Positions 9,895-20,181 of a stretch of DNA of 64,000 nt are shown here, one piece after another (the stretch's first letter is position 1; every line of letters begins with the position of its first letter). The stretch is from assembly GCA_947589575.1 (NCBI GenBank), contig CANQBM010000008.1, forward strand, positions 918 to 64,917. Direction: 5' to 3'. Below the pieces are notes generated by a model that had not been told where the DNA came from, did no database searches, and saw only the letters and a program-made list of their open reading frames with translations. This stretch comes from an uncultured Clostridia bacterium (lineage in GTDB: Bacteria > Bacillota > Clostridia > Oscillospirales > Acutalibacteraceae). Position numbers and translations under genes: made by a program.

Positions 9895-10221
9895 GTGAGC
9901 AATATGGAAAACAATGAAGAATTTTATGAGCCGGATATAATCAGCGTAACTGATGACAACGGTAATGAGATTTTATTTGAACTGCTTGAAAGATATGAAA
10001 CAGATGATGACGTTTATGTAGCTATCACACGTTATTATGAAACCGATGAGGAAATCGTCGAGGGTGACTACGAAGTAATCATCTTAAAGGTAGAAAGCGA
10101 CGGTGACGAAGAATATCTCGCCGAGATTGACGACGACCTTGAATTTGAACAGGTTTCCGATATTCTTATGGCGAAGGTTGAGGAAAAATATGACGTCGAA
10201 TACTTCGAGCCCGAACAGTAA
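9895..10221 (+). CDS. DUF1292-family acidic protein
   Basis: ISVTDDNGNEILFELLERYE..DDVYVAI, LAEIDDDLEFEQV; very acidic; start codon uncertain (GTG 9895 or ATG 9904). Confidence 0.75.
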   Translation: MSNMENNEEFYEPDIISVTDDNGNEILFELLERYETDDDVYVAITRYYETDEEIVEGDYEVIILKVESDGDEEYLAEIDDDLEFEQVSDILMAKVEEKYDVEYFEPEQ

Positions 10222-10246
10222 ATAATATAATCGGACATTAATATTA

Positions 10247-10428
10247 TGTCTGCCCTTCTCGACAACCTTGGACCTTAGTAACCCGAACACGTTTTTTAAG
10301 GGATTTATCTTCCGTGAAACGGGAATGCAGACCTCCCTGTTTAACAGGACGCTGGGAGCACAAAGTGATCGGAGTAAAACCCACCTGCTTGAGATGCAGG
10401 TTATTCTCGGTTCAAGGCGGCTGGGTGG
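10247..10428 (+). ncRNA. ssrS: 6S RNA
   Basis: About 180 nt; ends pair (TCTGCCC/GGGTGGA, CCTTGGACC/GGTTCAAGG); internal ACCTGC/GCAGGT hairpin; upstream TATAAT at 10226-10231; followed by a terminator. Recognised by pattern, not by covariance model. Confidence 0.75.
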
Positions 10429-10433
10429 ATTTA

Positions 10434-10472
10434 TAAAAAAAGTGTTGCAGTCTTTACTGCAACACTTTTTTA
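10434..10472. terminator. Bidirectional terminator (6S / epimerase)
   Basis: AAAAAAAGTGTTGCAGT-CTTT-ACTGCAACACTTTTTT. Confidence 0.88.
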
Positions 10473-10554
10473 TTTACTAATTATCGGGATATTCCCTGCT
10501 TAACAAACGCAATACGAAATCCATTTACTTTTAAAATTTTCTTTAACATTAAAA

Positions 10555-11574
10555 TTATTCACCCTTCATTTCAAGAAGCTTTGCTTTACCCTCAAAGGCA
10601 ATCTTGGAAAGCTTGATTGAATCAAATATTGCCGATTCAATATCATCAGGCGTACAACCGAGTTCCTTTGTATCGTCTGTAGGAATAAAGAGGTCCATAC
10701 CCATAATATCCGCAAGACCGACAGGGTCAATACCCGATTCAACATTACGCTTTGCATAGTCCTTACGCATAACAAGACCGAATGCCTGAAATGCTGCCTT
10801 AGGGCAGTCAATAATCTTTCTGTCAGGGATACCGTCCATTGCGCGATATACAATTTTAAGAAATTCTCTCCAATGAAGATTATAGCAGGAAATGCCGTAT
10901 GCTCTTGCGCCCTCAACTTTTTCGGCGGCGCCTACAATCGCCTCACCTACCTGACGGACGGTAAGCATCGCAGTACCTCCCTTTGGATACATTGTGAAAG
11001 GCATCTTTTCAAATCTCTGGAGTTGTTCAATAAGAATTACCCAAACAGGACGGCGTCCCGGCTGAGTACCGAAAATATACGGCAGTTCAAGCACTGCGAC
11101 ACCCATATTTTCATCAGCGTACTTAAAGGCGACCTCCTCCTGCTCAACGCGGGCGCGTATATACGGATGTTTCTCGCAAAGGTTCATTTCAGGTTTTTGC
11201 TTAGCAAGCCAGGCAAAATAAGAACCGAGAACAACGCACCTTTTAACACCGCACTTTTTCGCCATAGCAAGACAACGGTCTGTCGGGTCAATGTTATACT
11301 TTTTATAAGCGTCATAAACAGGATGAGGAAACTCCACTCTTTCATCAACTCCTGCGGCATATACAAAAGCGTCTACGCCGGTCATTGCCTTTTCAAGCTC
11401 ATCATCTGTAAGCTCAAGGAAATTACCGAACTGAATTTCCATTTCCTCTGGAATAGGAGCTCCCTCAGGAAGAGGAGGAAGAGCGATTGTTTTAACCTTG
11501 TGGCCTCTGTCGATAAAGATTTGTGCGGCAGCCGAGCCTAAAAGTCCGGTACCTCCGAAAATAAGTACGTTCAT
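10555..11574 (-). CDS. NAD-dependent epimerase/dehydratase (extended SDR-like)
   Basis: N-terminal VLIFGGTGLLG Rossmann motif; FVYAAG; YxxxR in place of YxxxK (HPYIRAR). Confidence 0.8.
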   Translation of the reverse strand: MNVLIFGGTGLLGSAAAQIFIDRGHKVKTIALPPLPEGAPIPEEMEIQFGNFLELTDDELEKAMTGVDAFVYAAGVDERVEFPHPVYDAYKKYNIDPTDRCLAMAKKCGVKRCVVLGSYFAWLAKQKPEMNLCEKHPYIRARVEQEEVAFKYADENMGVAVLELPYIFGTQPGRRPVWVILIEQLQRFEKMPFTMYPKGGTAMLTVRQVGEAIVGAAEKVEGARAYGISCYNLHWREFLKIVYRAMDGIPDRKIIDCPKAAFQAFGLVMRKDYAKRNVESGIDPVGLADIMGMDLFIPTDDTKELGCTPDDIESAIFDSIKLSKIAFEGKAKLLEMKGE

Positions 11575-11644
11575 AAATTAACCCCCTGTTATGTAAATTG
11601 TACAAATAAAGTATAACATTATATTAATTTTTCGTCAATAACAA

Positions 11645-12496
11645 TTATCTGCTCAACAGCAGAAAGTATGCGAGGACGATTATGCCGAGTACAATTCTGT
11701 ACCAGCCGAACACCTTAAAATCGTGCTTTTTAATAAATGTCATAAGAAATTTAATACACAGAAGCGAAACAACGAAAGCAACAACCATACCTAAAGCAAG
11801 AGCAATCATTTCTTCAGATGTAAAATCAAATCCGAATTTAACGAGTTTCAATGCGCTCGCGCCCACCATTGTCGGAACTGCGAGGAAGAAAGTAAATTCA
11901 GCGGCGGCAGTCCTTGAAACGCCTATAATAAGCGCTCCTATAATTGTTGCGCCTGAACGTGATGTACCCGGAATCATTGAAAGCACCTGAAAAAGACCGA
12001 TAACAAAGGCGGTGCGGTATGTAATGTCATCTAAAGCCTCAACCTTCGGAGTTCTTTTTTTATTCCAGTTTTCAACAACAATAAAAGCAATACCGTAAAC
12101 AATCAACATAATTGCAATAGTAACGGCATTTCCAAAATATTTTTCAAGTAAATCGTCAAAGAAAAGTCCTAAGACCGCAGAAGGAATACACGCAACAACA
12201 ACCTTGAGCCACATATTGATTGTGTCCATATTAACCTTCGGCTGTGATTTATCCTTAAACTGAAACGGCCACATCTTCTTCCAGAACATAACTACTACTG
12301 CAATAATAGCACCGAGCTGTATAACAACAAAAAACATTTCCTTGAAGGATTCGCTCATATTGAGAGTGATAAATTCATCAACCAAAAGCATATGGCCTGT
12401 GCTGCTGATTGGCAGCCACTCCGTTATGCCCTCAACAATTCCAAGAAAAATAACCTTTAAAATTTCAATTATACTCAAATGTATATCCCCTTTCAT
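11645..12496 (-). CDS. uppP: Undecaprenyl-diphosphate phosphatase
   Basis: [33 protein letters not shown]; true start probably TTG at 12475. Confidence 0.96.
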   Translation of the reverse strand: MKGDIHLSIIEILKVIFLGIVEGITEWLPISSTGHMLLVDEFITLNMSESFKEMFFVVIQLGAIIAVVVMFWKKMWPFQFKDKSQPKVNMDTINMWLKVVVACIPSAVLGLFFDDLLEKYFGNAVTIAIMLIVYGIAFIVVENWNKKRTPKVEALDDITYRTAFVIGLFQVLSMIPGTSRSGATIIGALIIGVSRTAAAEFTFFLAVPTMVGASALKLVKFGFDFTSEEMIALALGMVVAFVVSLLCIKFLMTFIKKHDFKVFGWYRIVLGIIVLAYFLLLSR

Positions 12497-12563
12497 AACA
12501 ACCTAATAAAGCATATTATCAATTAAGATGTATTATACTAAACAGCTGATTGGTTTGCAATAT

Positions 12564-12590
12564 AAAAGCACCATTTAAAATGGTGCTTTT
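12564..12590 (-). terminator. Terminator of the carboxyltransferase operon
   Basis: AAAAGCACCATTT-A-AAATGGTGCTTTT. Confidence 0.8.
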
Positions 12591-12599
12591 ATTTAATGA

Positions 12600-13997
12600 T
12601 TAAACAGGATGTACCTTTGTTTCAATATTATCGTGCTTGCCGTCAAGGCCGTATTTTGCGTCACGTCTTTTTTCAAAGAATTTAACGGCAACCTGGCCGA
12701 ACTGAGCATACGAAAGAACATCCTCCTCCTGCTCATAAAACTCCCTGATTTCATCTTTAAACGAGTCGATAGTATCAGTAATCAAATCGGCAGGACGGCA
12801 GTCAATAATTTCATCGTCGCCGACGATTTTCTTCCTGAATTCAGGGTCAATTTCACAAGGTGTTTTGCCGTACTTGCCGGCAACCATATCCTTAAATTCC
12901 TTAGTAACCATCTTGTATCTCTCACCAAGGATTACATTGAACACGGACTGTGTGCCTACAATCTGTGATGTAGGGGTAACAAGCGGAGGGTATCCCGAAT
13001 CCTTACGAACACGCGGAACTTCGTTAAGAACCTCCTCAAGCTTATCAGCCTTACCTGCCTGCTTAAGCTGGGAAACAAGGTTTGAAAGCATACCGCCCGG
13101 CACCTGATAAAGAAGCGTATTTGCGTCTACTCCGAGCATCTTTGGATCAAGAAGTCCCGATTCAAGATACTTTTCACGCAGAGGTGTAAAGAAATCACGA
13201 ATTTCGCTAAGCGCCTTTATATCAAGACCTGTGTCATAAGGAGTACCCTGAAAAGCCGCGACCATTGACTCGGTCGCGGGATGAGAAGTACCCATTGCGA
13301 GCGGACTGATAGCAGTATCTATAATGTCAACGCCTGCCTCAACACCCTTAAGCTGTACCATTGATGCAAGACCTGACGTATAATGCGAATGAAGCTGAAT
13401 AGGAACATTGACAGTTTCCTTAAGCGCCTTAACGAGGTCATATGTGCCGTAAGGCGTCAACAGACCTGCCATATCTTTGATACAGATTGAATCGGCGCCA
13501 GCCTCCTCAAGCTGTTTTGCATAATTGCAGTAATACTCAATATCAAATACAGGACCTGTTGTGTAGGAAATTGCCGCCTGGACGTGTCCTCCGTACTTCT
13601 TTGCAGCGTTAATAGCCGTTTGAAGATTACGCACGTCGTTAAGGGCGTCAAAAATTCTTAAAATATCAATACCGTTATCAATACTTTTTTTAACAAAGTA
13701 ATCAACAACCTCATCAGAATAATGACGGTAACCAAGCATATTCTGACCGCGGAAAAGCATTTGTAGTTTTGTATTAGGACACTTTTTGCGGATTAATCTT
13801 AACCTTTCCCACGGGTCCTCATTCAGAAATCTAAGACAGGAATCAAAGGTTGCGCCACCCCAGCATTCAAGTGAATGATAGCCGATTTTATCCATTTTCT
13901 CAAGAATATCAGAGAATTCTTCAGTGGTCATACGAGTTGCAATCAATGACTGATGTGCATCACGCAAAACTGTTTCAGTAATACCGATTTTAGCCAT
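12600..13997 (-). CDS. Oxaloacetate decarboxylase alpha / transcarboxylase 5S-type pyruvate carboxyltransferase (no fused biotin domain)
   Basis: LRDAHQSL, ECWGGATFD, IKDMAG, HSHYTSG, YQVPGGMLSNL, PPLVTPTSQIVG. Confidence 0.9.
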   Translation of the reverse strand: MAKIGITETVLRDAHQSLIATRMTTEEFSDILEKMDKIGYHSLECWGGATFDSCLRFLNEDPWERLRLIRKKCPNTKLQMLFRGQNMLGYRHYSDEVVDYFVKKSIDNGIDILRIFDALNDVRNLQTAINAAKKYGGHVQAAISYTTGPVFDIEYYCNYAKQLEEAGADSICIKDMAGLLTPYGTYDLVKALKETVNVPIQLHSHYTSGLASMVQLKGVEAGVDIIDTAISPLAMGTSHPATESMVAAFQGTPYDTGLDIKALSEIRDFFTPLREKYLESGLLDPKMLGVDANTLLYQVPGGMLSNLVSQLKQAGKADKLEEVLNEVPRVRKDSGYPPLVTPTSQIVGTQSVFNVILGERYKMVTKEFKDMVAGKYGKTPCEIDPEFRKKIVGDDEIIDCRPADLITDTIDSFKDEIREFYEQEEDVLSYAQFGQVAVKFFEKRRDAKYGLDGKHDNIETKVHPV

Positions 13998-14009
13998 TTA
14001 TGCCACCTC

Positions 14010-14405
14010 TCAGCTTAATGTGATAATAAGCTGGCCTGCCTCAACGCTGTCGCCCTTATTAACATTGATTGAAGCTACAGTGCCGTCCTGAGGAGACACA
14101 ATGTCATTTTCCATCTTCATAGCCTCAAGAACACAAAGAACCTGTCCGCTTGCAACAGACGCTCCCGCCGAAACTTTGATATCAAGAATTGTACCGGGCA
14201 TAGGAGATTCAATCTTAACGCTGCCCTGTGCCGCAGTGGCAGGTTGTGCAGCGGGAGCAGGAGCAGCCTGAGCCGGTGCAGGTGCCGGAGCCGGAGCTGC
14301 CGCAACAGGCGCCGCTGGTGCCGGCTGAACCGGCGCTGATGACGCACCCTCTTCAACAGTTACATTATAAGGTGTTCCGTTTACAGTAATAGTATAGTTT
14401 TTCAT
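14010..14405 (-). CDS. Biotin carboxyl carrier protein
   Basis: EAMKM biotinylation motif; Ala/Pro-rich linker. Confidence 0.95.
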   Translation of the reverse strand: MKNYTITVNGTPYNVTVEEGASSAPVQPAPAAPVAAAPAPAPAPAQAAPAPAAQPATAAQGSVKIESPMPGTILDIKVSAGASVASGQVLCVLEAMKMENDIVSPQDGTVASINVNKGDSVEAGQLIITLS

Positions 14406-14420
14406 ATTATTAATCCTCCA

Positions 14421-15737
14421 TTATTTTACAGAATGTTTTCTCGGTAAAGTAGTTTCTCTCTTGCCTGAAAGAATATCAAGAGCGGCAATAACTCTTTCTC
14501 TTGTCTCGGCGGGAGTACATATATCATCAACCGCGCCGCAGGCAGCAGCCGTAAACGGCGATGCAATATTTTCAATATATTCAGCCTTAAGCATTTCCCT
14601 GTCCTCTCCGTCAGCAAGCCTGTCGTTAAACAGAAAGGCAACTGCCGAATCAGTATTGAGCGGCGAAACAACAGAACTGTCCCACGCAATAGTCATATCA
14701 GCGTTTGCGCCTTTGCCCGCAAGTATGATATACGCACATCCTATTGCATTTTGAGTTATAACAGAAATCTTAGGACATGTTGCTGAAGCATAAGCGGACG
14801 TCAGTTTGGTTAACGCGACTAAGGTCTGATTTTCCTTTTCATCAATAATACCGTCTGTGTTGACAATGGTTACAACGGGTATTGAATAAGCATCACAAAG
14901 CTTAATCATCGCCTCCGCCTTATATGAGCATGCAGGGCAGAGCGCATTACCCTCAAACGCAATAAAACCGACTGTTGTTCCCATAACTGTTGCAAGGGCC
15001 GTTTTACAATTTGATTTTGCATATCCTCCCTTAATTTCAACCGCTGATGAATTATCGGAAATAGCATTAATAACCGAAACGGCGTCTGCGCCATCGGACA
15101 AAGCGCTCTGAGGAGCAGAAAAATCAAATATCGGCGCAGGAGAAAGATTATTTGACGGGAGCAGGGAAACTAAATTTTTAACTTTATCAACCGCACTGCT
15201 GAAATCATCACAAAGAATATCAACAGTTCCTTCCTCATATGACTGCTCAGCAGTAACATCACTCGGAGACGAAACATAAAAATCCGCGTCCTTAACCGCC
15301 ACAACCACATCAGCCATATTAGCGATAAGAGCCGACGTTCCCAGACAAGCGCCCGCAACAACAGCAATCTGCGGACAAACCCCGCTGATAGATGCCGACG
15401 CCTTAACAAGCTCACCGTAGGCGTTTAAAACTTCAAAGCCTTCACTCAGCTTAACACCGTTTGAATCAAAAACCGAAATAACAGGACAGCCTGTCTTAGA
15501 CGCCAAATCATAAATCTTTTTTATCGTTGCGCACTGCGCAACGCTCACAGCGCCATCGTCAACAGTAATATCCTGTGAAAATGCGTAAACCGCACAGCCG
15601 TTTACTGTACCGAAACCGGCAACGACCTCAACCTCACCGCTTGCGGATTTGGCATATGCGTCAATCCGGGTAAAGGAGCCGTCGTCAAAAAGCGCCTCAA
15701 GCCTTGCAAGCGCATCAGAGTCTTTTAATTCACTCAC
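14421..15737 (-). CDS. Acyl-CoA carboxyltransferase-family subunit (divergent PccB/MmdA/12S-like)
   Basis: RLEALFDDGSF, VVAGFGTVNG..VYAFSQD, AAACGAVDDI..PAETRE, KRETTLPRKHS; several catalytic motifs altered. Confidence 0.8.
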   Translation of the reverse strand: MSELKDSDALARLEALFDDGSFTRIDAYAKSASGEVEVVAGFGTVNGCAVYAFSQDITVDDGAVSVAQCATIKKIYDLASKTGCPVISVFDSNGVKLSEGFEVLNAYGELVKASASISGVCPQIAVVAGACLGTSALIANMADVVVAVKDADFYVSSPSDVTAEQSYEEGTVDILCDDFSSAVDKVKNLVSLLPSNNLSPAPIFDFSAPQSALSDGADAVSVINAISDNSSAVEIKGGYAKSNCKTALATVMGTTVGFIAFEGNALCPACSYKAEAMIKLCDAYSIPVVTIVNTDGIIDEKENQTLVALTKLTSAYASATCPKISVITQNAIGCAYIILAGKGANADMTIAWDSSVVSPLNTDSAVAFLFNDRLADGEDREMLKAEYIENIASPFTAAACGAVDDICTPAETRERVIAALDILSGKRETTLPRKHSVK

Positions 15738-15866
15738 CTTATTATCCTCCTAATATTTGTAAAAACAAACAGGAAAACTAAATAATTCCAAATTTTCCTA
15801 TTATAGATTTTAACACTTTATTTCATTAATATCAACATAAAATTAATTATTTTTAAAATATTAATA

Positions 15867-16619
15867 TTATTCGCTTTCAGAAGGATTTGAAGAGCGGAGA
15901 AGCTTTCTCACTTCATTGTCAGTAAGCTCTCTTGTTTTTCCCGTAGCGAGCATACCGAGTTTAACAGGTCCTATTGAAATTCGTTTGAGCCTTGCGACTT
16001 CCAAATTAACTGCCTCGCACATTTTTCTTATCTGCCTGTTTCTGCCCTCACGGAGAATGAACTCAAGAACTACTCTTCCCTCCTCCTCTGTAATTACATT
16101 TACGTCACAGGGAGCAGTTTTTCTGCCGTCAATTTCAATGCCGTTTCTCAGATTTTCAAGCATATTGTCATTAACAGCAGGACGTACTGTTACACGGTAA
16201 ACCTTTGCATAATTATGCTTTGGGTGAGTCAGCGCATTAGCAAAGGAGCCGTCGTTTGTAAGAATTAAAAGTCCTTCTGAATCTTTATCAAGCCTGCCGA
16301 CAGGATAAACTCTTGCATTTACATCAACAAGGTCCATAACGGTTTTTCTTCCGAGTTCGTCACAAACCGTAGTCACATAACCTCTCGGCTTATTAAGCAT
16401 AATATAATACATTCTGTCTGTTTTATTAATTCTTTTACCGCGCACTGTGACAATATCCCTCTTAGGATTAATTTTATCACCTATATGCGCAGGGTGGCCG
16501 TTTACCTTTACCTTGCCCATCTCAATGAGTTCTTCGCTTTTACGGCGTGACGCAACACCGCATTCAGCCATGAATTTCTGCAGGCGTACTTCGTTCTTGT
16601 TCGGCATAATATTTAACAT
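15867..16619 (-). CDS. rluB: 23S rRNA pseudouridine synthase (RluB/RsuA family)
   Basis: S4 domain RLQKFMAECGVASRRKSE; YPVGRLDKDSEGL; EGRNRQIRKM; start probably 16607. Confidence 0.88.
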   Translation of the reverse strand: MLNIMPNKNEVRLQKFMAECGVASRRKSEELIEMGKVKVNGHPAHIGDKINPKRDIVTVRGKRINKTDRMYYIMLNKPRGYVTTVCDELGRKTVMDLVDVNARVYPVGRLDKDSEGLLILTNDGSFANALTHPKHNYAKVYRVTVRPAVNDNMLENLRNGIEIDGRKTAPCDVNVITEEEGRVVLEFILREGRNRQIRKMCEAVNLEVARLKRISIGPVKLGMLATGKTRELTDNEVRKLLRSSNPSESE

Positions 16620-17637
16620 CCTCGTCTGCCTTTATCGGCAGTCTTTCTACTAAATTTTCATTATAATACACATATACCCATCCGAGTCTGTCGCCTTTTT
16701 TAACGGGAGCATAAGCAAATGGACAGTGGTATATTTCAAGTCTAAGGTCTGATAAAACAAAGAGTTCTTTTTTATATGATGCCTTTACCGCTTGTGTTCG
16801 GGAACCGACCATATTTATTTCTATATTATCCGAAACCTCGTATTTATTATACTTTTTTTCACATTCTTTAAGTAAACTGATATGGTCGTTCCAGTCGTCT
16901 GGAGCGTAAAGAGTAACGCAGACAAGCTTATTGCCGTTATAATTTTTTGCGCTGACAAGACACCTGCCTGCTTTTTTGGTATATCCCGTTTTTACCCCGA
17001 AAAAATTTTCGTCCCTTGAAAGCAGCTTGTTGTGATTATATACCATTATTTCCTTTTTGCCAACCATTATTTTTGCACTTTTCATTGAAACTATTTCGCA
17101 AAAAGCTTTATTTTGGACTGCGGTACAGGTGAGAAGCGCCATATCATACGCTGTCGAGTGATGGCCCCCCTCGTCAAGACCGGACGGAGTAACAAAATGC
17201 GTACTGTTCATACCTATTTCCACGGCACGCTTATTCATAAGAGCTGAAAATTCTTTAATACCGCCGGACAAAAAGTATGCAACGGCATTTGCGGAATCAT
17301 TGCCCGAAGTCAGCATCATACCTGTTATAAGATCTTTAAGCGTAAGTGTATCGCCTTCTCTCAAGCCTAAAGATGTGCCCTCCGTCTGAAGCATTTCCTT
17401 TGTTATTCTTACTGTTTCATTAAGCCGTTCGCTTTCTATTGCCAAAAGCGCTGTCATAATCTTGGTGGTTGAAGCTATCGGTCTTTCCTCGTAAGCGTTT
17501 TTCTCATACAAAATAATACCTGTATCGGCATCCATAACAACCGCGCATCTTGCGGAATTATCAGCGCCGTAAGCAGTCATGGGAAAAATGAACAAAAGTG
17601 CTAATAAAAAAGAAAATCTCTTTAACAAAATAATCAC
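16564..17637 (-). CDS. D-Ala-D-Ala carboxypeptidase (S11, DacB-like)
   Basis: SxxK (ASTTKIMT), SxN (SGN), KTG (KTGYT); signal peptide. Confidence 0.9.
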   Translation of the reverse strand: MIILLKRFSFLLALLFIFPMTAYGADNSARCAVVMDADTGIILYEKNAYEERPIASTTKIMTALLAIESERLNETVRITKEMLQTEGTSLGLREGDTLTLKDLITGMMLTSGNDSANAVAYFLSGGIKEFSALMNKRAVEIGMNSTHFVTPSGLDEGGHHSTAYDMALLTCTAVQNKAFCEIVSMKSAKIMVGKKEIMVYNHNKLLSRDENFFGVKTGYTKKAGRCLVSAKNYNGNKLVCVTLYAPDDWNDHISLLKECEKKYNKYEVSDNIEINMVGSRTQAVKASYKKELFVLSDLRLEIYHCPFAYAPVKKGDRLGWVYVYYNENLVERLPIKADEDVKYYAEQERSTPAEIHG

Positions 17638-17681
17638 CTACATAATATATATGCAGGTGATTAATCAGAATAATTAAAATC

Positions 17682-18077
17682 TTATTCGCTTGCTTCTTCA
17701 GCGGGGGTTTCGCTCTTATCGCTCTTAAGAAGCTCCGTAACTTTGTCAACAAGTTCGGGAATCATAGCAATAGCACGGTCGGCAGACGAAGTGTAGTTGT
17801 TAATCTGCATCATTCTGCACTTACCGTTTTCAATAACAATAAACGCAACCGGAGTGATGGTAATACCTCCTCCGCCTCCGCCGCCAAAAAGCTCAGCGTT
17901 TGACTTAGACGGAAGATCCGTACCTCCTGACGTGAAGCCGTAAGATACCTTTGATACAGGAATTAAGGTTGTGCCTCCTGTTACCATAGGCTCGCCGATA
18001 ATAGTTGATACATCAACCATTTCGCGCATCTTTTCAAGAGTATTTTCCATTATTTTGTTTACCGGAGTTTCTTTCAT
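17682..18077 (-). CDS. ytfJ: GerW/YtfJ family sporulation protein
   Basis: DVSTIIGEP, IPVSKVSYGFTSGG, FGGGGGGGITITPVAF. Confidence 0.9.
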   Translation of the reverse strand: MKETPVNKIMENTLEKMREMVDVSTIIGEPMVTGGTTLIPVSKVSYGFTSGGTDLPSKSNAELFGGGGGGGITITPVAFIVIENGKCRMMQINNYTSSADRAIAMIPELVDKVTELLKSDKSETPAEEASE

Positions 18078-18081
18078 AATT

Positions 18082-18852
18082 TCAGTCCCCTTTTTTATTA
18101 TTAATTAAATTCTTTAAAAATATAAATCCAGCTTTAAGCGCTACCCGCAAAAGCAGTCCTACACTGATACTGCCGATAAACTGAAATTCCGTCTCAGTTC
18201 TGTCAGCAATAAAATCAGGTTGAATACAATCATCATAATTATCAACCTTCATACCGTTAAGTATCATACCTTTTACAGGATAGTAATACCTGCAAACCGT
18301 TCCGTAAGAACGCGCGATAACATCGGCATCCGGACCGCCTACCAGTATCATAACATAAAGTGAGTAAATATGTAAACCCCTAATTAGAGTAAGCACGGCA
18401 GAATTTGCAGTTTCAATTAAATTTGAAACAAAAGAGAGTATACCCACAATGCCTTCCTCGTCCCACATTTTTTTAATCGGATTTGGCTTTTGCTTTTGCT
18501 CAGGCTTGTTTTCGGTCTTTTTTTCAGCAGGCGCAGTGCTGTCGACATTAACATTTTCATTCTTTATTTCAGTCACGCCAACAGGTAATTCTGCGGGTTC
18601 TTTAACCTTTTTTTTATTTTTCTGTTTATTATTTCTTTTTTCCCGAACGTCGTCTGCCATATCACGCGCCCTTTTTTCAGGAAAAAGAATGAGAGAAATA
18701 AGCTTTGAAAGGGCAATCTCTTTCTCAATAAAAAGCACCTTTATTTTTGTATTCCAACCTTTATCATAAACAACTGTAAAGGTTGCGGAAAGAGAGAAAA
18801 TTAACGCGAGTAAAACTGCCAAAACGGCAACAACAATTAAAAATACTTTCAC
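18082..18852 (-). CDS. DUF2953 (YtfI-like) membrane protein
   Basis: N-terminal TM segment, Lys-rich linker, DADVIARSYG motif; position upstream of ytfJ. Confidence 0.65.
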   Translation of the reverse strand: MKVFLIVVAVLAVLLALIFSLSATFTVVYDKGWNTKIKVLFIEKEIALSKLISLILFPEKRARDMADDVREKRNNKQKNKKKVKEPAELPVGVTEIKNENVNVDSTAPAEKKTENKPEQKQKPNPIKKMWDEEGIVGILSFVSNLIETANSAVLTLIRGLHIYSLYVMILVGGPDADVIARSYGTVCRYYYPVKGMILNGMKVDNYDDCIQPDFIADRTETEFQFIGSISVGLLLRVALKAGFIFLKNLINNKKGD

Positions 18853-18854
18853 TA

Positions 18855-19475
18855 TTAACTGCCCTCCCGCTTTTTTACGTTATCCGTCTCGCCGGGCGGA
18901 GAATCCTTTTTGGTATTATCCTCAAATAATGATGTTTGGGAATTGTCCTTTTCCTCTGTATTTTCAGGAAGATCAGGCAAATCATCAAGGCTGTTAAGCG
19001 AAAAACAGCGTAAAAACCTGTCAGTCGTACCGTAAACAAGAGGTCTTCCGGGCAAATCAAGCCTGCCCTTTTCCTCAATAAGACCTTTTTGAATAAGATT
19101 CGATACGGGACCACTGCAGTCAACGCCCCTAATCTGCTCAATAAACGAACGCGTGACCGTTTTATTATAAGCAATTATCGCAAGAACCTCAAAAGCCGCC
19201 TGACTTAAAGGAGTATTCTTTTTTATTTCAAGAAGAGCCCTTACATCATCACTGTACTCCTCACGGGTACAAAGCTGATATTTACCGTCAACACGGATTA
19301 ACCTGAGTCCGCGGTCGTTTTCGTCATACACAGCCTCAAGATGACCGAGCATTTTTATGACATTTTCAACATCAATATCAAGTACCTCCGCAAGTTTTGC
19401 GGGTTCAACAGGATCTCCCGCCGCAAAGAGCATAGCCTCAAGAGACGCCAAAACATTATTACTGCTCAATATCAT
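18855..19475 (-). CDS. scpB: SMC-Scp complex subunit B
   Basis: LEAMLFAAGDP, LSQAAFEVLAIIAY, IEQIRGVDCS, GRPLVYGTT. Confidence 0.95.
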   Translation of the reverse strand: MILSSNNVLASLEAMLFAAGDPVEPAKLAEVLDIDVENVIKMLGHLEAVYDENDRGLRLIRVDGKYQLCTREEYSDDVRALLEIKKNTPLSQAAFEVLAIIAYNKTVTRSFIEQIRGVDCSGPVSNLIQKGLIEEKGRLDLPGRPLVYGTTDRFLRCFSLNSLDDLPDLPENTEEKDNSQTSLFEDNTKKDSPPGETDNVKKREGS

Positions 19476-20181
19476 TTACCTCATTAATTAACTGAACCGA
19501 AGGATTTGTCATTTCACCCTCAATTTCTATCTTTTTTGTTTTCGCAAGTTCAAGCACGGCAAGAAAGGTTGCCACAATATCGCTTTTAGTCTGCGCATCC
19601 TTAAAAAGAGATAAAAATTTTATTTTTTTACCTCTGCCAAGCTTACGCATAACCGCGCTTACCTTAGTTGCGACCGAAACAAATTTCTTAGCAACTATGA
19701 CCTTAAAAGAGTCAAGCGGAGGCGGCAGCTTACGCCTGCCCCTGCCTGCCGCGCTTATGTATGCGTTAAGAAGCTCCTCCCCCTCGTGAAAACGCTCATA
19801 ATCATAATTTACATATCCCTGTTGGGCGGGACGGACAAAACGGTTAAAGCCATCTGTCTGTTCGGAGAGTTTTTTAGCCATAAGTTTGCAGTCACGGTAT
19901 TCTATAAGCTCGCCTGTCAGTTCTTTTTTCAGTATTTCAGCCTCTTCATGCTTTGGAAGCAGGGATACGGTTTTTATATAAATAAGCCTCGCTGCCATTT
20001 CAAGAAACTCGCCCGCAACGTCAAAATCCTGTTCCCGCATCTGTCTTACATAGTCAACATACTGATTTACAAGCTCAACAATAGGAATGTCGTTAATATT
20101 CAGTTTATGCTTTGAAATAAGATGTAAAAGAAGATCCATAGGTCCTTCATAAACATCTATCTTATAATTTATTTGTTCCAT
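19459..20181 (-). CDS. scpA: Segregation and condensation protein A (kleisin)
   Basis: YEGPMDLLLHLI, EFLEMAARLIYIK, IVATFLAVLEL. Confidence 0.95.
   Translation of the reverse strand: MEQINYKIDVYEGPMDLLLHLISKHKLNINDIPIVELVNQYVDYVRQMREQDFDVAGEFLEMAARLIYIKTVSLLPKHEEAEILKKELTGELIEYRDCKLMAKKLSEQTDGFNRFVRPAQQGYVNYDYERFHEGEELLNAYISAAGRGRRKLPPPLDSFKVIVAKKFVSVATKVSAVMRKLGRGKKIKFLSLFKDAQTKSDIVATFLAVLELAKTKKIEIEGEMTNPSVQLINEVNDIEQ

Noticed and set aside
10873-11541. 222-aa plus-strand ORF
   Set aside because: Antisense shadow of the epimerase gene; no RBS or protein motif.
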